The notes below the pieces were generated by a model. The model was not told the origin of the DNA and made no database searches. It saw only the letters and a program-made list of their open reading frames with translations. The position numbers and the translations under genes are program-made. A stretch of DNA of 64,000 bases from Pirellulales bacterium (GTDB lineage: Bacteria; Planctomycetota; Planctomycetia; Pirellulales; JAICIG01): the NCBI GenBank assembly GCA_040901675.1, contig JBBDYJ010000042.1, forward strand, positions 1 to 64,000, read 5' to 3'. Below, piece after piece: positions 30,260 to 40,069 of this stretch. Numbering within the stretch: position 1 is the stretch's first letter; each line of letters opens with the position of its first letter.

Positions 30260-31528
30260 CTAATTGCGAGGTTTGTGCAGTGTGATCTCTGTGTGCTTTG
30301 GCTGGCTCTCGTCGGCATACGGCAGCGAGCGGACATAATCGACCAGGTGCCAGATCTGCTCGGGCGTGAGCGTGGCTTCGCTACCCTGCCCCGGCCCAGC
30401 GCCCGGCATCTGCGCGGCCTGAATGCCAGCGTGAATCCGGCGGTACAAGTCGACCGGCCGGCGGCCCCCCCGGTAGATGCCCAGCCGCAGGTTGCGGGGC
30501 CGCAGCTCCTGCCGCGGCAGCAGCCAGCGATCGATGTCGTCGGGCGATTTCTGCTTGTTCCAATCATCGTAAGGCACCGCTGTCGTGTCGGTCAGCCAGC
30601 CGTCGCCCAGGCCGGTCGGCCCATGGCACTGCGCGCACTGGGCATCCTTGCTCAAGAACAGCTTGCGGCCGGCTTCAATCGAGGCGGCAAGTTGTTGGGG
30701 CGTGTCAGTAGCAGGCCGCTCGGGGGGCTGGATCACCGCATCCTCGGCCGCGGTCCATTGTTCCAGCACCGGCATCAAGTACTCGTCGAGGATGGCGGTG
30801 CGATCGAGTTCGATCTCGCTCTCGTCGGACAGCAACACGATGGCCATATTCAACTCGGTCTGGCCACGGATGCTGAGATACTTGACGTACTCGACCAGAG
30901 CGTCGACTTCGTCGTTGGGCAGCAAAGCAAACGAGGGCATGGCCGTGCCGGGAATCCCCTCCAGGATGATTCGCTTCAAATCGGCCGTGGTCGGCTTTGC
31001 CGTAAAGCTCGTGCTTTTGAACTTGAACATGCCCTGGCGGTAATCGCGGGGATAGGGGTTGAGGAAGACGGCGGTGGGCCCGGCGCCGTCGCCCGAGATG
31101 CCATGGCAATGGGCGCAGTGCAGCCGGTACAGGCCGCGTTGCCGCGACGAGCGGTCGTGGCCGGGGCGGACGGGGCCGGCGGCCCGCTCGATCGCCACGA
31201 GATCGAGACCGTTCTCGTTGTCGTCTCCCTTTTGGACCTCGTTGAGCAAGTAGGGATCGTCCGGGGTTCCGAAAGCAGCGAAAAGGACCGTGGAGATCAT
31301 CTCAAGGCCCTTGATCTTGCGCTGTTTCTCTTCGAGAACGTCGGGCTCTTCCCCGCGGGCGATCCGGAACTCGGCCGGATCGTGCGAGGGGATCATCTCC
31401 AGGTAATCCTGCATGTTCAGCCGGAACTGGGGAGGCTCGCTGCGGGCGTTGCAGCCGGCCAGGAGCACGAGGGCCAGCAGGCCGCCGGCGAAGGGCCGGA
31501 AGGCGGCGGCAGGGGCTACGGTTTGCAT
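30260..31528 (-). CDS. Diheme cytochrome c lipoprotein
   Basis: Lipobox LLAGC; CAHCH...AMPSF and CAQCH...QMPG. Confidence 0.9.
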   Translation of the reverse strand: MQTVAPAAAFRPFAGGLLALVLLAGCNARSEPPQFRLNMQDYLEMIPSHDPAEFRIARGEEPDVLEEKQRKIKGLEMISTVLFAAFGTPDDPYLLNEVQKGDDNENGLDLVAIERAAGPVRPGHDRSSRQRGLYRLHCAHCHGISGDGAGPTAVFLNPYPRDYRQGMFKFKSTSFTAKPTTADLKRIILEGIPGTAMPSFALLPNDEVDALVEYVKYLSIRGQTELNMAIVLLSDESEIELDRTAILDEYLMPVLEQWTAAEDAVIQPPERPATDTPQQLAASIEAGRKLFLSKDAQCAQCHGPTGLGDGWLTDTTAVPYDDWNKQKSPDDIDRWLLPRQELRPRNLRLGIYRGGRRPVDLYRRIHAGIQAAQMPGAGPGQGSEATLTPEQIWHLVDYVRSLPYADESQPKHTEITLHKPRN

Positions 31529-31604
31529 TGCGGCTTTATTGGGTGATGCGGTGGAAAGGTTGGAGGCGACCGGCAGGGCAGCGTCGGTAGTACGTAGCAA
31601 AGGG

Positions 31605-32465
31605 TCAATTCAGTAAATCGGGACTCACCTGGATCTCGCCCAGGTCGTTGTCGCCGGGCGCGATCTTGAATTTGAAGCGGCCGCGCTTCCACTCCGGCTT
31701 GGCGACCAGGGGGCCCGGTCGCTCCTGCCAGACTTGGAACTCGAGGTCTGCGGCAGGCAGGTTTTCGATAGTGAACCGGCCCTGGTCGTCGGTTACCGCC
31801 ACGTAGGGGTTGTCACGGGGGAACACATAGCCCTTCATCCAGGGATGGATGCTGCACGTGACCGGCACCGGAGCATTTTGCGAGCGCTTGAACTGGTGCT
31901 CGGCCGCCCCCTTTTCCGAGAGAAGCGGATTGATCGGCGCGTCGCCCAAGGGCGTCATATTGCTGTTGTGCGACACGGGGTCGGAGTTGTGGACCACCAG
32001 CGTCTGGCTGGTTCGCAGGGCGAGGATGTGCGGCTCGAAGCGGCAATGCTCGTTATCGAATGTGACCTTATCGTTGGCGGTGGCTTCGTAATCGGGATGA
32101 ACGGGAACGTTGCGGGTGTTGACAAACACCACCACGTTGGCCAGCCCGCCATCCGGCCCGACCACGAGGCTTTCGTCAACCAGGTTGTGGCGGCCGCAAA
32201 CCGGCTCGTCCCTAGTGATCGCCAGCGGGGCCGGCGTCGGGGGTTGTCCATCGAAGACGAAGCGGCCGGTCAGGCTGCCCCACTCGGTCACTGTCGCGAC
32301 GGCAGTCTCGGCCTCGGCTTCGGCTTCCGAATCGCCCGACTGCGCCTTGCGGATCGCCTCAGCCAACTTTTCATCGGGGGCCGGATCGGAGACGACGCTC
32401 CGCCCGCAGCCACAGATGCCCGCCAGCACAGCCGCCGCGATAGTCCAGCGATAATGCATCTTCAT
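31605..32465 (-). CDS. Exported lipoprotein with cupredoxin-like core and Ig-like (carboxypeptidase-regulatory-like) flanks, paralog 2
   Basis: LAGICGC lipobox-like, CRFEPH, HNSDPVSHN and CSIHPWM. Confidence 0.75.
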   Translation of the reverse strand: MKMHYRWTIAAAVLAGICGCGRSVVSDPAPDEKLAEAIRKAQSGDSEAEAEAETAVATVTEWGSLTGRFVFDGQPPTPAPLAITRDEPVCGRHNLVDESLVVGPDGGLANVVVFVNTRNVPVHPDYEATANDKVTFDNEHCRFEPHILALRTSQTLVVHNSDPVSHNSNMTPLGDAPINPLLSEKGAAEHQFKRSQNAPVPVTCSIHPWMKGYVFPRDNPYVAVTDDQGRFTIENLPAADLEFQVWQERPGPLVAKPEWKRGRFKFKIAPGDNDLGEIQVSPDLLN

Positions 32466-32500
32466 CCTACTGCCTTCATCCTTCGTTCTGCCTTCACGCT

Positions 32501-33250
32501 CTACTTCTTTTCAAACAACGCGGGGCTGACCTTGATCAGGCCGAGGTCGTTGTCGCCGTCCTTGATCTTGAGCTTGAACCGCCCTCTCTTCCAATCCTTC
32601 TTAGCCTCGAGATAACCCGCCCTTTCCTGCCAGACCTGGAACTCGAGCTCGCCGGCGGGCAGGTTCGCGATCTCGAAAGTGCCGTCCTCGGCCGAGACCG
32701 CCACGTAGGGATTGTCTCGCGGCAGGATCCAGCCCTTCATCCAGGGGTGGATGTTGCAAAAGACGGGGACGGGGACGGGCTGCGCGCGGCGGAACTGGTA
32801 CGTTACCTTGCCGCCCATTGAAATCAGCGGATTGATGCCGGTGTCGCCGATCGGCTGCAGGTTGCTGTTGTGGCTGAACGCGTCCGAGTTGTGCAGCTCC
32901 ATGGTCTGCGAAAGCCGGATGGGCATCACGTGCGGCTCGAAGCGGCAGTTCTTGTTGTCGAACCGCAGCGTGTCGTTGGCGGTCGCCTCGTAGTCGGGGT
33001 GGACCTTGACTTTCTTGTCGCGGACGTAGATCACCACGTGGGCCAGGCCGCCATTCTTGCCGACCATCAGCGACTCGTTGACCAGGTTGTGCTTGCCGCA
33101 CATCGGCTCCTTCGTCGTGTCGAGCTTCACCGGTTCGGGCGCTTTGCCGTCGTACACGAACTTGCCCTTCAGGTTGCCCCATTGCGCGTGGGCGGTGCCG
33201 GCGCTCAGCGCGCCGACGGCCAACACGATTGCCAGCATGTTTCGCAACAT
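32501..33250 (-). CDS. Exported protein with cupredoxin-like core, paralog 1
   Basis: Sec signal ending AHA|Q, CRFEPH, HNSDAFSHN and CNIHPWM. Colinear with 31605-32465. AAGGAG RBS. Confidence 0.78.
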   Translation of the reverse strand: MLRNMLAIVLAVGALSAGTAHAQWGNLKGKFVYDGKAPEPVKLDTTKEPMCGKHNLVNESLMVGKNGGLAHVVIYVRDKKVKVHPDYEATANDTLRFDNKNCRFEPHVMPIRLSQTMELHNSDAFSHNSNLQPIGDTGINPLISMGGKVTYQFRRAQPVPVPVFCNIHPWMKGWILPRDNPYVAVSAEDGTFEIANLPAGELEFQVWQERAGYLEAKKDWKRGRFKLKIKDGDNDLGLIKVSPALFEKK

Positions 33251-33293
33251 GATCAGTTTCTCCTTGGTTGCGGGTCGAGTGGCTGTACAGGCC

Positions 33294-33388
33294 ACGGCAC
33301 ACGGAGTGTGCCTGTTACTTTGCCATCACTTGTTTATTGTATGCGTGCTGCAAGGGCGGGCCACGGCACACGGAGTGTGCGTGCTGCT
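33294..33388 (-). repeat. Two degenerate copies of the GGCACAC-TCC-GTGTGCC REP
   Basis: ACGGCACACGGAGTGTGCCTGTTACT (33294-33319) and ACGGCACACGGAGTGTGCGTGCTGCT (33363-33388). Confidence 0.8.
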
Positions 33389-33399
33389 TTGTGTGTCTG

Positions 33400-36300
33400 C
33401 TACTGGCCACCGGCTGACGCGGCGCGGCCGGGCGGCGCCTGGTCGGCTGGCTGGGGGGCCTCGGTAACCAGGGGCTTGATCGACGTCCGGCTATTTATGA
33501 ACGCATCGTAGTTGAGCAACAGGTCGACGACTCCCTCCAGCGCTTCGCGAGTGCTGCCCGGGAAGAGACTGGAGCGAATGGCCTCGTTGGGGTCGTTGTG
33601 GGGCGGAAAATTGACCGGCATGCCGGTGTAGGGAAGCTTGCGCTGCGGGTTGGCCAGCCACTCGTGCAGGTAGTCGGGACGCATCCGCTGGTACATCCGG
33701 TCCAGGTTGGGCGCCCAGGCGTCCGGCGTGCCTTCGGGGATGAAGTCGCCGATCAGGTGGCACTTGACGCAGTAGGTCTTGTTGGTGATCAGGTTCATGG
33801 CGTGGCCGAGCCGCTCGAGCTGCTCCTCGCCCAGGTAGTCGCCGTTGGAGCGAGGATGGTACTCGTACGGATAGCGGGCGTTGTCGACTGCGGCAAAATA
33901 GTTGACCAGCTTCGAGGCCTCGTCCGGCGACATGTTGAACTTGGGCATCCGCAGCAAGGCGGCCGGCCGCAGGGCAACGGGGTTGAGCAGGAAATCGTGC
34001 AGCCAACTGGTCTGCACCTTGGCGCCTTCGCGGACCAAGGGGGGCGGCACCCAGCCCCAGACATCGCCCGGCTTCACGTTGGGGTTGTCGCGTTGGCCCA
34101 TCTCGACCGCGATGGGGTGCAAGTAGCGGGCAAAGTCGCCCCCCTCCGGCAGACGCTTGGCCAGGATCTGGCTTTCGGAGACGGGCACTTCCGGACCACC
34201 GACCAGCCAGGGCTTGCCATTGATCGCCACGGGCTGCCAGGGGGCGAAGAAGTGCAAGGGAAGCCCGTCGTCGTCCTCCTGCACATCGGGGTTGGGCACG
34301 CCGGTGATCACCGAGCGGCCCATACCGCGGCGATCGACCTGGGCCGACTCGGCCAGTTCCTGGGGGCTGAAGTGCGGCATCAGGAAAGCGTGATCATTGA
34401 ACTCGGGAGGATCGGCGAACTCGTCCGGATCGTACTCGAACTCCCAGGTGTCCATCCGCAGCGTGTGGCAGCCGTCGCAGTTGAACCGCGCGATGACCTG
34501 CTCGCCGTCGAGGATCGCCTTGCGCCGCGGCTTAGGCTGATACACGTAGCGGGCGGCCGGCGGCTCGCTCACCAGGCCCAGCACGAAGGTCATCACCGAC
34601 TCGATCTGCTCTTCGTCGAGGTTGAACTTCGGCATCCGCAGCCGCTCGATGTAGGTCTTGTTCTCAGTCTTCTTGTAGTCGTAACTCCGCGGCTGGCGCA
34701 GCTTCTGCCAGAGGAAACCCTCGCGCTGGTGGTCGAGCAAGGCGCTGACAAAGAAACCGGTGTCGGCGGGCATCTCGGCCGGATCGAGGTGGCCGTGGGA
34801 GAAGGACGCATCGTGGCCGCCGCCATGAGGTGAAGCGTCATCCCCGCCGTGAGCCATACCGAGGGCACTCGCGTGCAGCGACGCGCCATCCGGCGGGTTG
34901 CGCTCGAGGAACGGCACGATTTGCTCGAAGGCAAGCTTCGAGGTTTCCTTGCGGCCCCAGTCGGCCAGGCCGGTCCCGATCGGCTTGGAGCTCTCGAAGC
35001 CGGGGATGTCGTGGCAGCCGGCGCAGCCGAGCCGGCTGATGGTGCGGCGGCCGACGTAGAGCAGCTTTTTGTCGAGCAGCCGCTGGGGCGTCATCTCGTC
35101 GTCGCGGACCAGCTCCAGCTCGTCTCCCTTGATATCAGCCCGCAGGGACTGCGGGATGCCGCTGTCGACATACTCGCGCGACTGCTTCTTGGTAAACGAT
35201 CCTTCGAGGTACATGACCGCCAGCTCGTCCAGGGCCTGCCTGGCCGTGGCGTCGAGAGCGGGCACGGGCTTGGGCCGCCAGCCTTGCGAGGCGAGCAGGT
35301 AGGCGGTGATGTCGTCGGCGGGATCGGTCACCGCGCCGTCGCGGTGAGTGATCGGCTCGAGGAACACGTTGGGCATCACGGTGCGGGCATGGTAGCGGTT
35401 CGGCTCGCGGACCCAACTGTAGAGCCAGCGGGCGCCGGCGTCGGTGGTCAGCTTGGCGCCGATCCGCGACAAGTCGGGACCCTGCGTGGCGGTGATCTCG
35501 GGGAAATCCTTGTGCTGGTGGCAGGCCAGGCAGCCCCGCACCTGGAACAGCTCCTTGCCGCGCTCGGCGGAAGGCTGCCCGCTGCCGTTCTGAGGGAGGT
35601 CCACGTACTCGAAGGGCTGGCTGTAGTGCAGCAGGTACTGGGCCGCAGCGCGGATCTCGATCGGCTCGAACTTCTGGGAGTCCTCCAGGCCGGGGCTGGG
35701 CTCCATAACCACGTGCCCGCCGGGCGCGCGCACAGGGTTGCCCCGCTCGTCGAGCTTTGGCTCCGGCGCGAGATGCTCGTTGAGGCCGAAGAACTTGGGC
35801 ATCCTGGTATTGGGGCGGAAATCGGTCGGGTCGCGGATCCAGTTGTAAACAAAGTCGAAGTCGGCCTTGCTGGCCAGGTGCCGCAGGCTGGGCCCGACCT
35901 TGCGCAACTGTCCCGGCGTTTCGTCGTCGGCGCCGAGGATGGCGGCCAGTTCGTGCGACGACTGAGAAAGCTTGGGCGTCTCTTCGGTGGAGTCGGCAAG
36001 CTCTTCGGTGGAGTCGGCAAGCCCGGCATCCTGGCGGATCGATTCGGCCAGCAGCTTGCGGGTGGCAGTCTGCTCGGGATGTTCGATGACTTCGAGGGCC
36101 AGCTCGCGCTGGCGGTCGTCGAGGCCCGGATCGATGAGCAACTGCGCGGCCGCGGCGTAATAAGGCGGCTCGGCACGCAGGTCGGGACCGCGGCGCTTGT
36201 CGGGGCTGTCGTAGCCGTTGATTTCATGGCAGCCGAAGCAGCCATACTGCCGGATGATGTGATGGCCGGCCATCAGCTTCGGCGCCGGTGGGTCGGGAAA

Positions 36301-37905
36301 CCGCTCGCTCGGCTCCAGCTCGGCCACGTCGTGGTGGCATTTCAAACAACTGCTCTCGCTGAACCGCTCCGGCAGCATGGGGAAGATCCAGTGGTGGTTG
36401 TTGAACCAGCCATGGTCGCGCTTCCACTGGCGCATCCCGCCGGGATCGTTGGGCGTGTGCGAGGCCCACTTGAAGGCGGTGGCGGTCCCCTGCCCTTCAT
36501 GGCAGATGGTGCAGCCGACGTCGCCGATCTTGTGGGGGCTCATCGATCCGACGAACAAATCGAGCCGCGGGTGCGAGCTGTACGGGTGCGGCACGCCACG
36601 GCGGACGTGCAACTCCAGCGGCTGGCCCCAGCGCACGCTTTCGAGCAGGTAGGTATAGGCACGGTCCTTATCGAGGACCTTGACGTCGCCGATCCGCTCC
36701 AGCACGTCGCCCGCTTCCAGCAGGGCCCTGGCCGCCAGGCTCCGGGGCCGGACGACGCTGATGGTCACGTCGTTCGGGTCGATTAGCCCCTCTCCGGCAA
36801 GCTGGATCCCGTACACTTGTTCGAGCAGCCTGGCGTCGCCCGGCTGGGCGGCGTCCGAGGGGGCCTCTTCCGGGGTGCCCATGCTCAGCGTGAGGCGTTC
36901 GGTCGGCTTGTAAAGCGGCTCCACGGCTGAGCCGGCGGCGGTCTTGTCAATGCCCTGGTGACAAGTAGTGCAGCGGTCGACGCGGGCCACGTCGCGGAAA
37001 TTGTTGTTGATGGTGAGCTGCGGCAGCCAGATCTGATCGGGCTTGAGCGGCCGGCCGAAGGCATCGACGATGGGCAATTCCAAAAGCCGCTTGCCGGGAT
37101 TGGATCTGCGTTCGTCGAGGGCGGTTTGGAGGCGCGCCAGTTCGGTCTGGTGCGTTTCAAGCGCTTTGTGGGCCTCCACCTGCTCGGCGGTGATGCGATC
37201 GACGACCGTTTGCAGGCGCTCGCGATGGGTCTGGGCATCCTGGTAAGCAAGCGTCAGATCATCGACCCGGTCCTGGACCGATTTGACCTCGCGCTGGGCG
37301 GCCTGCAGTTCGCTGGGCGGCCGCCCTTCGCCCACGGCCAGATCGTACCGGCTGCGGGCCACGTCGAGGTCGGCCCGCTCGAACTTGAGCTCGCGCTGGC
37401 GATTGTCTTCGTCGAAACGGGCCTGCTTCACCACCTGGTCCAAGGCGGCGACGAGCTCGTCGCGGCTGTCCAGCAGGCGCTGGAGCGTCTGCCGTTGCTC
37501 GGCGGCGCCGTCCGCGGCGGCGCGGTGATCGGCGGCGGCCTGGCGCAGCGCTTCGTAGCGGGCCTCGATGCGGCCCAGCCGATAACGGTTGGCTGTTTCA
37601 CGGCCGCGGGCATCGGTGATGAAGCGCGTGACCAGGACCTGCGATGGGACGTTGGCCCGGGCGGCGGTGAGCCGGCGTTCCAGCTCGCGCTCGCGCTGGG
37701 CGTACTCGTCCGACTTCTGCTCGTCGATTCGGGCCACGGTGGTCCAGCTCTCGACGTCGCGGAACTTGCGCTGGTACTGTTTCCACTCGCGGTTGTGGTC
37801 GGCGGCCATCATCCACAAGGTGGTCACCAGCATGGCCAGCCCGGAGAGGCCGAACACGACGTGCAGCAGCTTGGTATCGCGCCAGGTTTGTTCAGTAGCG
37901 GGCAT
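33400..37905 (-). CDS. Membrane-anchored octaheme cytochrome c (1501 aa) with coiled coil and PDZ-like insertion; cytochrome c subunit of the Rieske/b complex
   Basis: Eight CxxCH motifs (CTTCH, CTICH, CLKCH, CFGCH, CLACH, CAGCH, CDGCH, CVKCH), five distal MP motifs and an N-terminal TM. Directly follows subunit IV. Confidence 0.9.
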   Translation of the reverse strand: MPATEQTWRDTKLLHVVFGLSGLAMLVTTLWMMAADHNREWKQYQRKFRDVESWTTVARIDEQKSDEYAQRERELERRLTAARANVPSQVLVTRFITDARGRETANRYRLGRIEARYEALRQAAADHRAAADGAAEQRQTLQRLLDSRDELVAALDQVVKQARFDEDNRQRELKFERADLDVARSRYDLAVGEGRPPSELQAAQREVKSVQDRVDDLTLAYQDAQTHRERLQTVVDRITAEQVEAHKALETHQTELARLQTALDERRSNPGKRLLELPIVDAFGRPLKPDQIWLPQLTINNNFRDVARVDRCTTCHQGIDKTAAGSAVEPLYKPTERLTLSMGTPEEAPSDAAQPGDARLLEQVYGIQLAGEGLIDPNDVTISVVRPRSLAARALLEAGDVLERIGDVKVLDKDRAYTYLLESVRWGQPLELHVRRGVPHPYSSHPRLDLFVGSMSPHKIGDVGCTICHEGQGTATAFKWASHTPNDPGGMRQWKRDHGWFNNHHWIFPMLPERFSESSCLKCHHDVAELEPSERFPDPPAPKLMAGHHIIRQYGCFGCHEINGYDSPDKRRGPDLRAEPPYYAAAAQLLIDPGLDDRQRELALEVIEHPEQTATRKLLAESIRQDAGLADSTEELADSTEETPKLSQSSHELAAILGADDETPGQLRKVGPSLRHLASKADFDFVYNWIRDPTDFRPNTRMPKFFGLNEHLAPEPKLDERGNPVRAPGGHVVMEPSPGLEDSQKFEPIEIRAAAQYLLHYSQPFEYVDLPQNGSGQPSAERGKELFQVRGCLACHQHKDFPEITATQGPDLSRIGAKLTTDAGARWLYSWVREPNRYHARTVMPNVFLEPITHRDGAVTDPADDITAYLLASQGWRPKPVPALDATARQALDELAVMYLEGSFTKKQSREYVDSGIPQSLRADIKGDELELVRDDEMTPQRLLDKKLLYVGRRTISRLGCAGCHDIPGFESSKPIGTGLADWGRKETSKLAFEQIVPFLERNPPDGASLHASALGMAHGGDDASPHGGGHDASFSHGHLDPAEMPADTGFFVSALLDHQREGFLWQKLRQPRSYDYKKTENKTYIERLRMPKFNLDEEQIESVMTFVLGLVSEPPAARYVYQPKPRRKAILDGEQVIARFNCDGCHTLRMDTWEFEYDPDEFADPPEFNDHAFLMPHFSPQELAESAQVDRRGMGRSVITGVPNPDVQEDDDGLPLHFFAPWQPVAINGKPWLVGGPEVPVSESQILAKRLPEGGDFARYLHPIAVEMGQRDNPNVKPGDVWGWVPPPLVREGAKVQTSWLHDFLLNPVALRPAALLRMPKFNMSPDEASKLVNYFAAVDNARYPYEYHPRSNGDYLGEEQLERLGHAMNLITNKTYCVKCHLIGDFIPEGTPDAWAPNLDRMYQRMRPDYLHEWLANPQRKLPYTGMPVNFPPHNDPNEAIRSSLFPGSTREALEGVVDLLLNYDAFINSRTSIKPLVTEAPQPADQAPPGRAASAGGQ

Positions 37906-37916
37906 TCAGGCGTGCG

Positions 37917-39263
37917 TCAAAAGTTCAAAAAGTATTCGGGGATGCTGATGATGTACTTCAGGTTGGCGGTCCAACGCAGGACCATCTTCAATGGTAACGA
38001 TGCCATCAGCAGCAGCAAGTTGGCCATCAGCATGTAGCGGATGAAGCCCATGCGGACGAAGAACCGCCGGAAGACCGTGGCGGCCATCAAGGGAGGCAGC
38101 GCAAGCAGATAGACCAGCACCCCCACGATGCCGGGCGACTCGCGCAGCAGGATGTAGCCCACCTCGGTCCAGGCGCCGCTGCCGGTCGGCGCGCGGGGGA
38201 GGCTGCGGCCCAGCCCGTGGACCCAGAAGTACTGCGACAGGTCGACGTTGTTCTGTGCCAGCACCTTGTGCGGATCCCAGGCCTCGAAGGGCCCGAAGAA
38301 GTTCCAGTTGGGACCGCGCAGGAAGGTGCCCAGCACGATCAGCACCACCCATAACTGTAAAAAGCCGATCTGGAAGACAATGTAGCTGAACTTGCGCTCC
38401 TCGATCGTGAAGTAGCCGTTCCCCCGGCGGTTGAAATCGAGGAAGGGGATGGCCATCAGTCCCAGCAACACCACGCTGGGCAGCACCACGCCGGCGTACC
38501 AGGGATCGTAGTAGACCAGCATCTCCTGCAATCCGAGGAAGTACCAGGGCGCCTTGGAAGGATTGGGCGTCTTGACGCTGCTGGCGGGTTCTTCGAGCGG
38601 AGCCTGCAGGGCGATTCCCCAGACCAGCAACAGCGCGGTCAGGGCGATCATGCAGATCAGCTCGGTATAGACCAGGTCGGGCCAGACCAGCACTTTTTCG
38701 TTGTCTTCTTTCTCCACCGGTCCCAGGCCCTGGCGGAGCCGGTCGTCGTTGATCACCGCCCGGTGGGCCGACACCCAGGTGAAGAACCCAAGCAGGAACA
38801 CCAGCCCCACGATCGGCACGTTATCGGGCTTGCCGACAATGGCGGCGAAACTGGTGTCGGTCATCGACAGGCCCATGGCCAAGAGCGAGAGGTTGAAGAT
38901 GCTCCAGGCCACCACGGGCTTGACAAAGAACCGCCGCCCGAGGAACAGGATGGTCAGCATGGCCAGCGAGCCCAACGTGAGCTGGACCGGGCCCGAAGCC
39001 ACGTTGACCGCGTGCTTGACCGAGTCGGGCAAGGTGGGCGGCCAGCCGATCATGGTGAACGGCGCCAGCGTGAAGAATAGCGCGCCCACCAGCAGCCAGA
39101 CGAGCACGTTGGTGACCGGGAAGCCCAGCACGCGGAAGTAGGCGACCGGCCCCTTGCGCCAGAGCCAGAGGGCCGCCACCCAGTTCATGCCGCACAGCAG
39201 CAGGTAATAGCAGCCGAGCCCGGTTGCGATCTGGTCGATGAAGTCGGCTGAGCTGCCGTGCAT
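37917..39263 (-). CDS. petD: Cytochrome b C-terminal part (b6f subunit IV-like) with extra N- and C-terminal TM segments
   Basis: VLVWPDLV...APLEEPA...TPNPSKAPWYFLG...IPFLD; follows the b6-like gene. Confidence 0.8.
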   Translation of the reverse strand: MHGSSADFIDQIATGLGCYYLLLCGMNWVAALWLWRKGPVAYFRVLGFPVTNVLVWLLVGALFFTLAPFTMIGWPPTLPDSVKHAVNVASGPVQLTLGSLAMLTILFLGRRFFVKPVVAWSIFNLSLLAMGLSMTDTSFAAIVGKPDNVPIVGLVFLLGFFTWVSAHRAVINDDRLRQGLGPVEKEDNEKVLVWPDLVYTELICMIALTALLLVWGIALQAPLEEPASSVKTPNPSKAPWYFLGLQEMLVYYDPWYAGVVLPSVVLLGLMAIPFLDFNRRGNGYFTIEERKFSYIVFQIGFLQLWVVLIVLGTFLRGPNWNFFGPFEAWDPHKVLAQNNVDLSQYFWVHGLGRSLPRAPTGSGAWTEVGYILLRESPGIVGVLVYLLALPPLMAATVFRRFFVRMGFIRYMLMANLLLLMASLPLKMVLRWTANLKYIISIPEYFLNF

Positions 39264-39273
39264 GGTGGTCTCT

Positions 39274-40047
39274 TTAGAGCGGGCCGCTGATGCCGCCGTC
39301 CTTCCGCACGCGCCAAAAATGAATGGCAATCAGCATGGCCGCCGCCAAGGGAATGGCGATGCAGTGCAACACGTAGAAGCGGTTCAAGGTTTCTTCGCCC
39401 ACGAAGCGCGCGCCCAGCAGGGCGAACCGCGCGTCGGAGGCATTGGTGATCATGTCGATGCCGCCGATGCTCAGCAGTTGCTGCCCCGGCCCCTCGTGCC
39501 CCAGGAAGGGAGTGGCGCGGGCCATGTTCGAGCCGACCGTGATGGCCCAGATGGCCAACTGGTCCCAGGGGAGCAAATAGCCGGTAAACGAGAGCAAGAG
39601 CGTGAGCAGCAGCAGGATCACGCCCACCACCCAGTTGAACTCGCGGGGCGGCTTGTAGCTGCCGGTGAGGAAGACGCGGTACATGTGCAGCCAGGTGGTG
39701 ATCACCATGGCGTGGGCCCCCCAGCGGTGCAGCTCGCGGAGGATGCCCAGGCTGGTCACGTCGCGCAGGTCCTGGATGTCGCGATAGGCCCACTCCAGCG
39801 TGGGGCGGTAGTAGAACATCAACAGCACGCCGGTGACCGTCTCGACCAGGAAGAGGAAGAACGTCACGCCCCCCATGCACCAGGTGTAGCTCAAGGCGAT
39901 GCCCTGCTTCTTGATCGAGACAGGGTGCAGGTGCAGGAAGAAGTTGGTCAGCATCACGACGATGCGGTTGCGCCGGTCCAGCGGCATGGGGTGCCGAAAG
40001 ACGCTCTTCCAGACCTGGGAGTTGCGAATCGATTCGCCGAGAGACAT
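39274..40047 (-). CDS. petB: Cytochrome b6-like subunit of a Rieske/cytochrome b complex
   Basis: WCMGG, LHRWGAH...[28 protein letters not shown]-x14-H and C-terminal GISGPL. Confidence 0.93.
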   Translation of the reverse strand: MSLGESIRNSQVWKSVFRHPMPLDRRNRIVVMLTNFFLHLHPVSIKKQGIALSYTWCMGGVTFFLFLVETVTGVLLMFYYRPTLEWAYRDIQDLRDVTSLGILRELHRWGAHAMVITTWLHMYRVFLTGSYKPPREFNWVVGVILLLLTLLLSFTGYLLPWDQLAIWAITVGSNMARATPFLGHEGPGQQLLSIGGIDMITNASDARFALLGARFVGEETLNRFYVLHCIAIPLAAAMLIAIHFWRVRKDGGISGPL

Positions 40048-40069
40048 GGACTTTACTTCACACTTTCAT

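Noticed and set aside
29297..36786. Plus-strand ORFs of 749, 411 and 645 aa
   Set aside because: Antisense shadows of the ctaC, diheme and octaheme genes.
33400..37905. Hydroxylamine/hydrazine oxidoreductase-type octaheme (anammox marker)
   Set aside because: The hemes are widely spaced in class-I-like modules with distal Met motifs, unlike the compact HAO arrangement, and the context is an aerobic aa3 oxidase operon.
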